From the sequence record DRR723986_5138: DNA of 42,511 bases; one strand, written 5' to 3'. Shown here one piece after another: positions 24,605-33,119 of the stretch. Position 1 is the first letter of the stretch, and every line of letters begins with the position of its first letter. The notes below the pieces were generated by a model. That model ran no database searches. It saw only the letters and a program-made list of their open reading frames with translations, and was not told where the DNA came from. Made by a program: the position numbers and the translations under genes.

Positions 24605-26950
24605 TTATTCAAACGCAGCATTCCCTGCATAATCTTCGATAATCAGTTCGATGATCTCAATTTCACCCGGTTCTGACGGCAGAACCGCCCGGCACAAACC
24701 ACTGTTGCTATCGCATCTCAGGAAGCCATCGCGTTCCATTCCATCGATCGAAATCACGAAAGGCGCCGCCTGTCGCAAACCAGAAGCGTCCCGCGCCTGA
24801 ACTTCCAACTCAATGGGACCGCCACCGCCATCGGGGCGCCCCACATCCACACTCAGAATCTCTGGAGGGTCGATGTCATACAGTGTCGTCAGCTTTTTGA
24901 TCTGAACGTTGCCGACCGCATCCGTCGCCACCAGTTCGAATTCATTATCACCGGGTGACAGTGTGACGGACAGATTGAACCGCCCTTTGGCCAAGGGCAA
25001 AGCGGTGCCATTCAGAGTCAGCGACACTGCATCCCCGGCAGATCCCTGCACTTGTAATACCTCATCAGAGGTCGCCCGTGGCGGTGGTAAATCCAAGGTC
25101 ACCTCTGGGGCAATCTGATCCCGCAGAGCAAAGAGCTTTAGATCTCCCTCAACGGTCCCACCCGGTGCCAGGACTTCGATCCGGTACACCTGTTCGCTCT
25201 GATCCACCGGCACCGTAAATGTCAAAACGCCCGAAGGTTGGGTTTGCGTGCGCACCACAATTTCACCGGTTTGATCGCGCACCACAACTGTGGCGTCGGC
25301 TGCGGTGGTCTGCGCCAAAACCGACAAATGCTCTGACCGTGTTGCCAAAGCGTCACCAACCCGCGCGATGTCGTCATCCAAGACAATCTCAATCGCTTTT
25401 GCGGGGCGATACACGACCACATGGCTGCGCGTGCTTTGATTTCCAGCCGGATCTGTCGCCAGAACCGAAACCGTGTTTTCACCAGGAACCAGCGCCACTG
25501 ATATCAGGAAACTCCCGTCCGCCCCGACCTCGATCGCCTGGTCATTGAGCAAGAGCTTCGCATCCAGTTCGGTCGCGCCCAGAACTTCGACAGTGGGTTT
25601 GGTTTCGATTGCTCCAGTCGCAGGAGAGAGCAACGTCAAAAACGGGGGAGTCGTATCAATGCGCAGGGTAAACTCTTGCGGAGTGCTCCATTCACCCGGC
25701 AGCCCCAACTTATCCAGTGCAGCCACCCGCCAATGATACCGTGCGGGGGCCAGTTCCACAGCCTCAAAACCTGTTTCACGAATACCCCATTCCGAAACGT
25801 GCATCTGATTGAAACCGGGGTCGCTTGCGATTTCCAGCCAATACCCTTCGGCCCCTTCAAAAGTGTCCCAGCTTAGGTCCGCGCCCTTTGAATACAGGAT
25901 CTGACTCATCGTCGGGGCCACCAACCGGGGGCTTTGCAAAACAGCCGCCCGTTGCGCCCTCCGCCCTGAAATCACAACGCCTTCGTTCTCACCCAACAGG
26001 ATTTTTTGACCATTCTGTTCGATCTCTAACCCGGGTGTGTCGTAATTCACAAACCTGGCACCGGATTGGTCATTCTTAATCCAGAAGTCTGCTGAATTTG
26101 TCGTTGTCTCGATCCCCGGCACTTCGATCTCAAACGTGGTCTTGTCAGACAGTTGGTTCAGCAGCGCGTAGAAATCGCCATTCGCCAACGACACTTTCGT
26201 CACTTCGCCCCCTGTCAACGGGTCCGAGCGCATTCGCTGGATTGTCGCATTGGAATTTGGGTTAAGCCGCAACCGGCTGAGATCACGAAACGTGATTTGC
26301 GTCGTGCTGGATGACAAGGTGCGGACGCGCTCAAATTCGATCAAGACATCGTTTAGATCCCGCCCCGACCAACTTGGTTCGACCGGCGCGCGCCCCTCGA
26401 CATCGCCTTGCACATCCGACACCACAGCCTCGGCCGAGCGATCCCTTTGAGCGATTGAAATATCAAGCGCTTCTTGGGCGAAATCCCTCGCAACCCCCGC
26501 GTAACTGACCACTTGCCGCCATTCACCGATTTCCCGTTGCCTGACAGCCGCGTCCCGGTTTTCCAGAGCATTGCCTATTTCATCTGGTGCAAAAATACGC
26601 GCACCTTCGGCATTGGCTTTCTGAATGGCGGTCAACGACATCGACAGCGCCTCGTCCGCCGCAAAAACCTGACGGACCGGCAATCGCAACTCTGTACCGG
26701 GGGTCAAATCAGCGGGTGATGCAATGTTGTTGAGCGCTAAGACCGTCGGCCACAAGTCTGGGTCCTTGAGATAGTTGCCAACAACCCCGCGCAGCGTGTC
26801 CTGGTCACCAAACTGCACCACTTGCAACGGTGCATTCATGGGATCCGTTTCGGCATGCGCAGGGGTCCAGAGCAACGGAATTGCCCCTAAGATCCACCCC
26901 AACCGCGCAAGCGCCGGTCGATGGCATTTAAAAACTCTGGCCCTCAACAT
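24605..26950 (-). CDS. Secreted LysM - helical - FecR - FN3 - Ig-like multidomain protein
   Basis: Signal peptide ending AHA. LysM-like DTL...WPTVLALNNIASPADLTPGTELRLP. FecR-like ERVRT...ITFRDLSRLRLNPNS. FN3 LSW...YWLEIASDPGF...YHWRVAALD. Ig-like repeats DTTPP...GENT...ATDPAGN. ATG 26950 preferred over TTG 26986. Confidence 0.85.
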   Translation of the reverse strand: MLRARVFKCHRPALARLGWILGAIPLLWTPAHAETDPMNAPLQVVQFGDQDTLRGVVGNYLKDPDLWPTVLALNNIASPADLTPGTELRLPVRQVFAADEALSMSLTAIQKANAEGARIFAPDEIGNALENRDAAVRQREIGEWRQVVSYAGVARDFAQEALDISIAQRDRSAEAVVSDVQGDVEGRAPVEPSWSGRDLNDVLIEFERVRTLSSSTTQITFRDLSRLRLNPNSNATIQRMRSDPLTGGEVTKVSLANGDFYALLNQLSDKTTFEIEVPGIETTTNSADFWIKNDQSGARFVNYDTPGLEIEQNGQKILLGENEGVVISGRRAQRAAVLQSPRLVAPTMSQILYSKGADLSWDTFEGAEGYWLEIASDPGFNQMHVSEWGIRETGFEAVELAPARYHWRVAALDKLGLPGEWSTPQEFTLRIDTTPPFLTLLSPATGAIETKPTVEVLGATELDAKLLLNDQAIEVGADGSFLISVALVPGENTVSVLATDPAGNQSTRSHVVVYRPAKAIEIVLDDDIARVGDALATRSEHLSVLAQTTAADATVVVRDQTGEIVVRTQTQPSGVLTFTVPVDQSEQVYRIEVLAPGGTVEGDLKLFALRDQIAPEVTLDLPPPRATSDEVLQVQGSAGDAVSLTLNGTALPLAKGRFNLSVTLSPGDNEFELVATDAVGNVQIKKLTTLYDIDPPEILSVDVGRPDGGGGPIELEVQARDASGLRQAAPFVISIDGMERDGFLRCDSNSGLCRAVLPSEPGEIEIIELIIEDYAGNAAFE

Positions 26951-27137
26951 TACAGCGCCAATCCCAAAAACAGGTGTCAAAAACAACGTTAACTATGATC
27001 CGTTCGATCCCCGGTATGCTCAAGGAAAATCAATCCGGGCTCTGAAATGAACGGTAAAACTCCGTAAATGATAAGTTAAATTACATAAATTTCAAACTCT
27101 GTCGCCAACCAAGAAACAAATGAAGAAGCGCGGTGAC

Positions 27138-27596
27138 TTACAAGCTGACCGGGCGATTCCGCTTTAGCGTGCGCAGAACAACATTGGTTTGGGCGCTCGC
27201 AACAGCCGGGAGACGAAAGAGAAACGACTCCAGAAATTGATTATAAGCCGCCAAATCGCGACACAAAACGCGCAGGTGATAATCGGCCTGCCCTGTCGTG
27301 GCATAACATTCCTGTACCTCTGGGCTGGTCTCTAAGGCGCGAATGAATTCCACAATTTTGTCCGGATCATGCCGGGTCAGATGCACATGCACAATCGCCT
27401 CGAACCCCAGCCCCATCTTGGATGGGTTCACCACGGCACCATAACGCTCAATCACGCCGGCCTCTTCCAGACTGCGCACACGCCGCCACAACGCCGATGC
27501 GGACATACCAACCTGATCGGCAAGATCTGCGTTGGACAGTCGACTGTCTTGTTGCAAGTGGGTCAAAATTCGGAGATCGCGGTCATCCATCTGCAT
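27138..27596 (-). CDS. Lrp/AsnC family regulator (IorR-like position)
   Basis: MDDRDLRILTHLQQDSRLSNADLA HTH, TGQADY. Divergent from the IOR gene. Confidence 0.92.
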   Translation of the reverse strand: MQMDDRDLRILTHLQQDSRLSNADLADQVGMSASALWRRVRSLEEAGVIERYGAVVNPSKMGLGFEAIVHVHLTRHDPDKIVEFIRALETSPEVQECYATTGQADYHLRVLCRDLAAYNQFLESFLFRLPAVASAQTNVVLRTLKRNRPVSL

Positions 27597-27741
27597 GAAA
27601 TGGCCTACCCTTTCGAAACACCATCAATAATTGGTTAAATTATCCGAATTTATAGAATAATCCACGAAAATCGACAGCATTATTCATCTTGAATGGTTTA
27701 TTCCTTCGATCCTAGCCAGGAACAAACACAGGATCCCCGCC
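27597..27741. promoter_or_regulatory. AT-rich divergent promoter region (Lrp/IOR)
   Basis: Visibly AT-rich intergenic stretch between the divergent starts, typical of Lrp-bound promoters. Confidence 0.45.
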
Positions 27742-30700
27742 ATGACGCGCCCAACTCCGGAATTCCGCACTTATCAACTGGAAGACCGGTATCAGAACAC
27801 GGATGGCCGGGTCTTTTTGACCGGAACGCAGGCCTTGGCGCGGATTATGATGGATCAAGCCAGACGCGATCGCGATGCGGGGCTAAACACTGCCGGGTTC
27901 ATTTCAGGGTATCGTGGGTCACCGCTGGGGGCTTTGGATCTGGAACTTTGGCGGGCCAAAGATCGGATCAAACAAGACAACATCACATTCATGCCCGCAG
28001 TGAACGAAGATTTGGGTGCCACTGCCGTTCTGGGCGCGCAACAGGCAACACTTGATCCTCACTGCGAACACGAAGGCGTGTTTGCTATGTGGTACGGCAA
28101 AGGTCCGGGCGTGGATCGGTCTGGCGACGCATTAAAACACGGAAACGCCTATGGCTCCGCCCCCAAAGGCGGTGTGCTGGTCGTCGCAGGCGATGATCAT
28201 GGCTGTGTCAGTTCATCCATGCCGCACCAATCGGATGTGGCGTTTATGTCGTGGTTTATGCCGACCCTGAACCCCGCCTCGGTCGCGGAATATCTGGAAT
28301 ATGGAGAATACGGTCTGGCCTTATCCCGTTTTTCGGGCACTTGGGTTGGGTTCAAAGCTGTCAGCGAAACTGTGGAAAGCGCCCGATCCGTTAATTTGCG
28401 CCCGGATCGCACCTTTACATTACCCCAGATTGAATTGCCCGCCGGCGGCCTGCACGTCCGCTCAGCCGATTTGCCCAGCCCCGAAATCGAAACCCGGATG
28501 CAGCACAAGCTGCGTGCCGTCCGGGCCTTTGCCGAGGCCAACCCAATCGACAAGCGTGTCTATGATCTGGACAAAGCCAAATTCGGCTTTGTCACCACCG
28601 GCAAGGGTCATCTTGATCTGATGGAGGCGTTGCGCCTGCTGGGACTGGACGAAGCCAAATGCCGGGATCTGGGCATTGATATCTACAAGGTTGGCATGGT
28701 CTGGCCCCTGGCGCGCCGCAATGCCTTGCGCTTTGTAAAAGGCAAAGCCGAGGTGCTGGTGGTTGAAGAAAAGCGCGGCATCATTGAATCCCAGTTCAAA
28801 GAGTATTTTTACGACTGGCCCGGCGACAAACCGCACAAAATGGTCGGCAAGTACGACAGCCATGGCGAACCCCTAGTCCCATGGACGGGTGAGCTAAGCC
28901 CCCTGATGTTGGCCCCTATCGTCGCGGCGCGGCTGGATGCGTTTTTCCCGGAGCAGGGTCTGCCAGTGAAGGCCAAAGCCCTGACCGACACGCCCCCACA
29001 GTTAATCAATGTCGCTGGTGCCAACCGAACACCTTATTTTTGTTCGGGCTGTCCCCATAATTCATCAACCAAAGTCCCCCAAGGGTCGACTGCTGCCAGT
29101 GGCATCGGGTGCCATGTAATGGCCAGTTGGATGGATCGCGAAACCGTTGGCTATGCCCAGATGGGTGGCGAAGGTGTTCCACACGTCGTGGCCTCCAAAT
29201 TCAACGGTGGCAAACACATCTTTCAAAACCTTGGCGAGGGGACGTGGTACCATTCCGGCAGTTTGGCAATCCGTCAAGCGGTCGCCGCCAAGACCAACAT
29301 CACCTACAAGATCCTCTACAACGACGCCGTTGCAATGACGGGCGGCCAACCGGTGGATGGCCCCGTCAGTGTCACCGGAATTGCCCAAACGTGCCGAGCC
29401 GAAGGCGTGGATCGCATCGCCTTAGTTTCCGACGACGTGAGCAAGTTCAGCAAGGGGGATTTCCCCACTGGCACTTCGTTTCATGATCGAACCGACTTGG
29501 ACACCGTCCAACGCGAGCTGCGCAACATTCCGGGTGTCACGGTCCTGATCTACGAACAAACCTGCGCAACTGAAAAACGCCGTCGCCGCAAACGGGGCAC
29601 ACTAGAAGACCCAAATCGCTTTGCCTATATTAACGATCTGGTGTGCGAAGGCTGTGGCGATTGCTCGTTAGAAAGCAACTGCCTGAGCGTCGAACCGCGT
29701 GAAACCCCATTGGGGCGCAAGCGCAAAATCAACCTTAGTTCTTGTAACAAAGATTTCTCATGCCTGAACGGATTCTGTCCCAGCTTTGTCACCATCGAAG
29801 GGGGCACGCGACGCAAACGCGCCGTGCAGTTGGACATTGAAACCGTCGAGGCCGGACTGCCCACCCCTGAGTTTCCACCACTCACGGAACCCTTTGACCT
29901 TTTAGTCACAGGGGTGGGCGGCACGGGCGTTGTCACTGTTGGCGCATTGATCACCATGGCCGCACATCTAGAGGGCAAAGGGTCCTCGGTGCTGGATTTC
30001 ACCGGATTTGCCCAGAAATTTGGGACTGTCCTCAGCTATATCCGACTGAGCACCTCACCCGAGACCCTGAACCAAGTGCGCATCGATAGCAGCGCCGCAG
30101 ATGCCGTGATCGGCTGTGACATCGTCGTCAGCTCGGCGGCCAAAGCATCGGTTCATTATCGCCAAGGCACCAAAGTCGTGTTGAACCGCGCTGAAATGCC
30201 GACTGGAGATCTGGTTCTGCGTCGTGATGCACAATTGAAAGTCGACATCCGAGAAGCCGAAATCGGGCGTGTTGTTGGCCCGGATCACGTTGCAGGGTTT
30301 GATGCAAACGCTGCTGCGGAAAAGCTGTTGGGGGACGCGGTGTTTGCCAATGTGATGATGCTGGGCTTTGCGTGGCAAAGGGGGTTGGTTCCTGTTTCCG
30401 ATATCGCGCTGAACCAAGCGATTTTGTTGAACGGCGTCGCGATTGAAAAGAACCGTTTGGCCTTTGCAGTTGGACGGGCTTTGGCCGTCGATCCCACGCG
30501 ATTGCAGTACTTCACCGATCCCGTGACAACGGAAGAGACGCTGGACCAGATGATCGCCCGTCGTGTTGCATTTTTGACTGAGTATCAAAGCGCAACTTAT
30601 GCGCAGAAGTTTAGCGATCGTATCACGACCTTGCGGACCAACACATCAGACGATCTGACGTGGATCGCCGCGCGCAATTTGTTCAAGCTGATGGCCTACA

Positions 30701-31140
30701 AAGATGAGTTCGAGGTCGCGCGGTTGATGACTGCGGACACATTTGCTTCAGAGTTATCCGAACAATTCGAGGGTGATTTCACCGTCAAGTACCACATGGC
30801 GCCCCCTTTGCTGAACACGGGCAAAGATGCCCGCGGGCGTCCAATGAAACGTGCCTTTGGCCCATGGCTCCGCCCGGTGCTTGGCGCGCTGAGCAAGGGG
30901 AAATCCCTGCGTGGCACTGCCCTGAACCCATTTAGGTTTCACAGCGAAGCCCGGATGCATCGCGAGACACTGCGCTGGTACGAAGATCTGTTAGATCAAG
31001 CAGGCAGCGGCTACAGCGCAGCTACAGATGTGAAATGGACCTCAGCCCTTACTGTTGCGGATGACATCCGAGGCTATGGACCGGTGCGTGAAGCGGCAAT
31101 CAAAACCGCCCGTGACGCAGTACGGGCGGCCTTGGCTTAA
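27742..31140 (+). CDS. Fused indolepyruvate/phenylpyruvate:ferredoxin oxidoreductase (IorA-IorB fusion)
   Basis: GYRGSPLG, FCSGCPHN, GIGCH, TPP motif GEGT..HSG...N, CEGCGDC...C Fe-S site, GVGGTGV, YKDEFEVARL. Confidence 0.93.
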   Translation: MTRPTPEFRTYQLEDRYQNTDGRVFLTGTQALARIMMDQARRDRDAGLNTAGFISGYRGSPLGALDLELWRAKDRIKQDNITFMPAVNEDLGATAVLGAQQATLDPHCEHEGVFAMWYGKGPGVDRSGDALKHGNAYGSAPKGGVLVVAGDDHGCVSSSMPHQSDVAFMSWFMPTLNPASVAEYLEYGEYGLALSRFSGTWVGFKAVSETVESARSVNLRPDRTFTLPQIELPAGGLHVRSADLPSPEIETRMQHKLRAVRAFAEANPIDKRVYDLDKAKFGFVTTGKGHLDLMEALRLLGLDEAKCRDLGIDIYKVGMVWPLARRNALRFVKGKAEVLVVEEKRGIIESQFKEYFYDWPGDKPHKMVGKYDSHGEPLVPWTGELSPLMLAPIVAARLDAFFPEQGLPVKAKALTDTPPQLINVAGANRTPYFCSGCPHNSSTKVPQGSTAASGIGCHVMASWMDRETVGYAQMGGEGVPHVVASKFNGGKHIFQNLGEGTWYHSGSLAIRQAVAAKTNITYKILYNDAVAMTGGQPVDGPVSVTGIAQTCRAEGVDRIALVSDDVSKFSKGDFPTGTSFHDRTDLDTVQRELRNIPGVTVLIYEQTCATEKRRRRKRGTLEDPNRFAYINDLVCEGCGDCSLESNCLSVEPRETPLGRKRKINLSSCNKDFSCLNGFCPSFVTIEGGTRRKRAVQLDIETVEAGLPTPEFPPLTEPFDLLVTGVGGTGVVTVGALITMAAHLEGKGSSVLDFTGFAQKFGTVLSYIRLSTSPETLNQVRIDSSAADAVIGCDIVVSSAAKASVHYRQGTKVVLNRAEMPTGDLVLRRDAQLKVDIREAEIGRVVGPDHVAGFDANAAAEKLLGDAVFANVMMLGFAWQRGLVPVSDIALNQAILLNGVAIEKNRLAFAVGRALAVDPTRLQYFTDPVTTEETLDQMIARRVAFLTEYQSATYAQKFSDRITTLRTNTSDDLTWIAARNLFKLMAYKDEFEVARLMTADTFASELSEQFEGDFTVKYHMAPPLLNTGKDARGRPMKRAFGPWLRPVLGALSKGKSLRGTALNPFRFHSEARMHRETLRWYEDLLDQAGSGYSAATDVKWTSALTVADDIRGYGPVREAAIKTARDAVRAALA

Positions 31141-32441
31141 CCCAGAACGGAAAAACTGCTTTCCTCATTTATCGGGCGTTTGCGGGAATAAAACCCCACG
31201 TCGATGCTGCGCCCGATATACGGTAGGTCAAATTGCAAGGGTGTGGCGTCATGATCTGCCCCGCCCTCGCAATAGTTGATCAGCGCGGTCATCATTTTGC
31301 CCGCAATCGGTGCGTTCTTATATTGGTTCCCACTGGTGCCGCAGGCCATATAAAACCCCGGCAAACTGGATTTGTCATAGATCGGAATCCAATCCGTCGA
31401 TGCATCATAAAGGTCCACAACACCCCGCGTTTTAGACGGTATGCCCAAACTCGGCACGCGCTGCGCATACCGCATCGCCTGTGTTGTCCATTGATCCGTG
31501 AAATCAGGATTATAATCGGTGTCGGTTTCGCACCACTGATGGGGATCACATTCGGGGTCTTCTGATCCGATCAAGATATGATTGCCGTGTTCCGGGCGTG
31601 CATAGAGCGCGATGTCGCTATCTGAAATGATCGTGCCTTGCTCTTCAAAATCAAACCCTTCTGGAGCTGGCACATGCACAACCTCCTGACGCAAGGGGCG
31701 TGTCTGGATTGTCATATCATCCAAAACCCCAGCCATTGTATTGATCTGCGCCGATCCGGGCCCCGCGACGTTGATGACAACTGACGCGGTGATCTCTTCC
31801 CCACTTGTCAGCTTCACGCCAGAGACGCGACCATTGGTCTGCAGTATCTCAGCGACCTCTGCTCCGTTGCGCACTTGGGCGCCTTGTTGACGCGCCGCGT
31901 CCATCAGGTTCTGCGCACTCAGCGCCGGATCAGTGACATACCCCGCTTGGGGCCAAAACACCGCGCCGCCCATCTGGGCCCCGTTAGGTTGACCAAATTC
32001 AGGGTCTTCTAAACGCTTTGCCGGTGCAAAACTCTCCATTGCATAGATTGGTAACCGCTCTTGGATCTGTTCGCGGCTCCACTCTTCGTATTCACAGCCC
32101 AATGCCGCGCTGTTGGCCATGTGATTTTTCATAAACCCGTTGGCTTCGGTTTTCATCACCAGGCAACCGGTCTGCTTGAACTTCGCCAAGTTGGCATCTG
32201 CTGGCAGCCCCAGGTACGCGGCCCAATCACGCCAATAATGATACCCTTCCCACGCAAAAACGGTGCCATCAAAGGTCGAATAGTGCATCCGAATGATCGC
32301 ACAAGACCCCGCAGTTGAGCCATGACCGACCTGCTTGTTCCGATCCAAAGACAGTGTTTTCCACCCTGCCTTGGACATCTCAAACGCAATGGCAGCCCCG
32401 ATCACGCCTGTCCCAATAATTATCGCATCCGGCTTGCTCAT
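31137..32441 (-). CDS. FAD-dependent oxidoreductase (DAO/sarcosine-oxidase-beta-like)
   Basis: IIIGTGVIG Rossmann motif, GSTAGS, INVAGP, GTSGNQYK. ATG overlaps the TetR stop (ATGA). Confidence 0.88.
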   Translation of the reverse strand: MSKPDAIIIGTGVIGAAIAFEMSKAGWKTLSLDRNKQVGHGSTAGSCAIIRMHYSTFDGTVFAWEGYHYWRDWAAYLGLPADANLAKFKQTGCLVMKTEANGFMKNHMANSAALGCEYEEWSREQIQERLPIYAMESFAPAKRLEDPEFGQPNGAQMGGAVFWPQAGYVTDPALSAQNLMDAARQQGAQVRNGAEVAEILQTNGRVSGVKLTSGEEITASVVINVAGPGSAQINTMAGVLDDMTIQTRPLRQEVVHVPAPEGFDFEEQGTIISDSDIALYARPEHGNHILIGSEDPECDPHQWCETDTDYNPDFTDQWTTQAMRYAQRVPSLGIPSKTRGVVDLYDASTDWIPIYDKSSLPGFYMACGTSGNQYKNAPIAGKMMTALINYCEGGADHDATPLQFDLPYIGRSIDVGFYSRKRPINEESSFSVLG

Positions 32442-33109
32442 GTGCCTTCCTCCCAAAAACTCTTGGCATAGCTGCCAAACTCTTCGATTTCTGCGGGCTG
32501 GGCTTCGACCCCTGTGAACACCAGCAAATAGTGCGGCAGCAATTGGAGACGGAATTCAACAGGCTCATTCAACTGCGCCAAATCATATCCGATCTGCATG
32601 TAATACAGCACACGGGCGCGAGTAACCGCTTCGATCTGGGCGTATCCGAACCTTGCATACATCGCGGTCAGCGCCTCGGTCCGGCGCGCATCGGATTGAT
32701 CCAGAATGCGGCGCACCTTGCCCGATCTGCGCGCCCAATCCCGCACTGCGAAGTCCAAAGAGGTATCGAACAAACGCGGATTGACCACACAGCGATGCAC
32801 ATTGCACACCGCCGCAGTGATCGTCGCCGCCTCGGTTTCGGATTGTCGGATCAACGCCGCAGTGTTCGTCGCCTGCCAGCGCGCAAGCAGCGCATCCAAC
32901 AGTTCCTGACGAGACTTGAAATACCAATAGAACGAAGACCGAGACACCACCATACGGGCCGCAAGGTTCTGCACTTTGACCTGATCCACGCCGTCCGAAA
33001 TCAACACATCCATAGCGACATTCAGCCAATCGTCCCGCGTAACCTTGATATTTCCGGTCAGCGGCTCGGCCTTGGGGTCATCCCGGTGCAGGACAGGTTT
33101 CGTATTCAT
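32438..33109 (-). CDS. TetR/AcrR family regulator
   Basis: HTH LAARMVVSRSSFYWYFKSRQELL. Alternative TTG start 33115. Confidence 0.9.
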   Translation of the reverse strand: MNTKPVLHRDDPKAEPLTGNIKVTRDDWLNVAMDVLISDGVDQVKVQNLAARMVVSRSSFYWYFKSRQELLDALLARWQATNTAALIRQSETEAATITAAVCNVHRCVVNPRLFDTSLDFAVRDWARRSGKVRRILDQSDARRTEALTAMYARFGYAQIEAVTRARVLYYMQIGYDLAQLNEPVEFRLQLLPHYLLVFTGVEAQPAEIEEFGSYAKSFWEEGT

Positions 33110-33119
33110 CTTCAAACTC

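Noticed and set aside
27075-27090. CtrA box upstream of the LysM-FecR operon
   Set aside because: Only one good TTAAC half-site; the second half-site and spacing do not fit TTAA-N7-TTAA.
14345-27137. cAMP module as a mobile genomic island
   Set aside because: No integrase, transposase, tRNA or flanking direct repeat seen at its ends, and no obvious compositional shift by eye. A GC/codon analysis would be needed to exclude older transfer.
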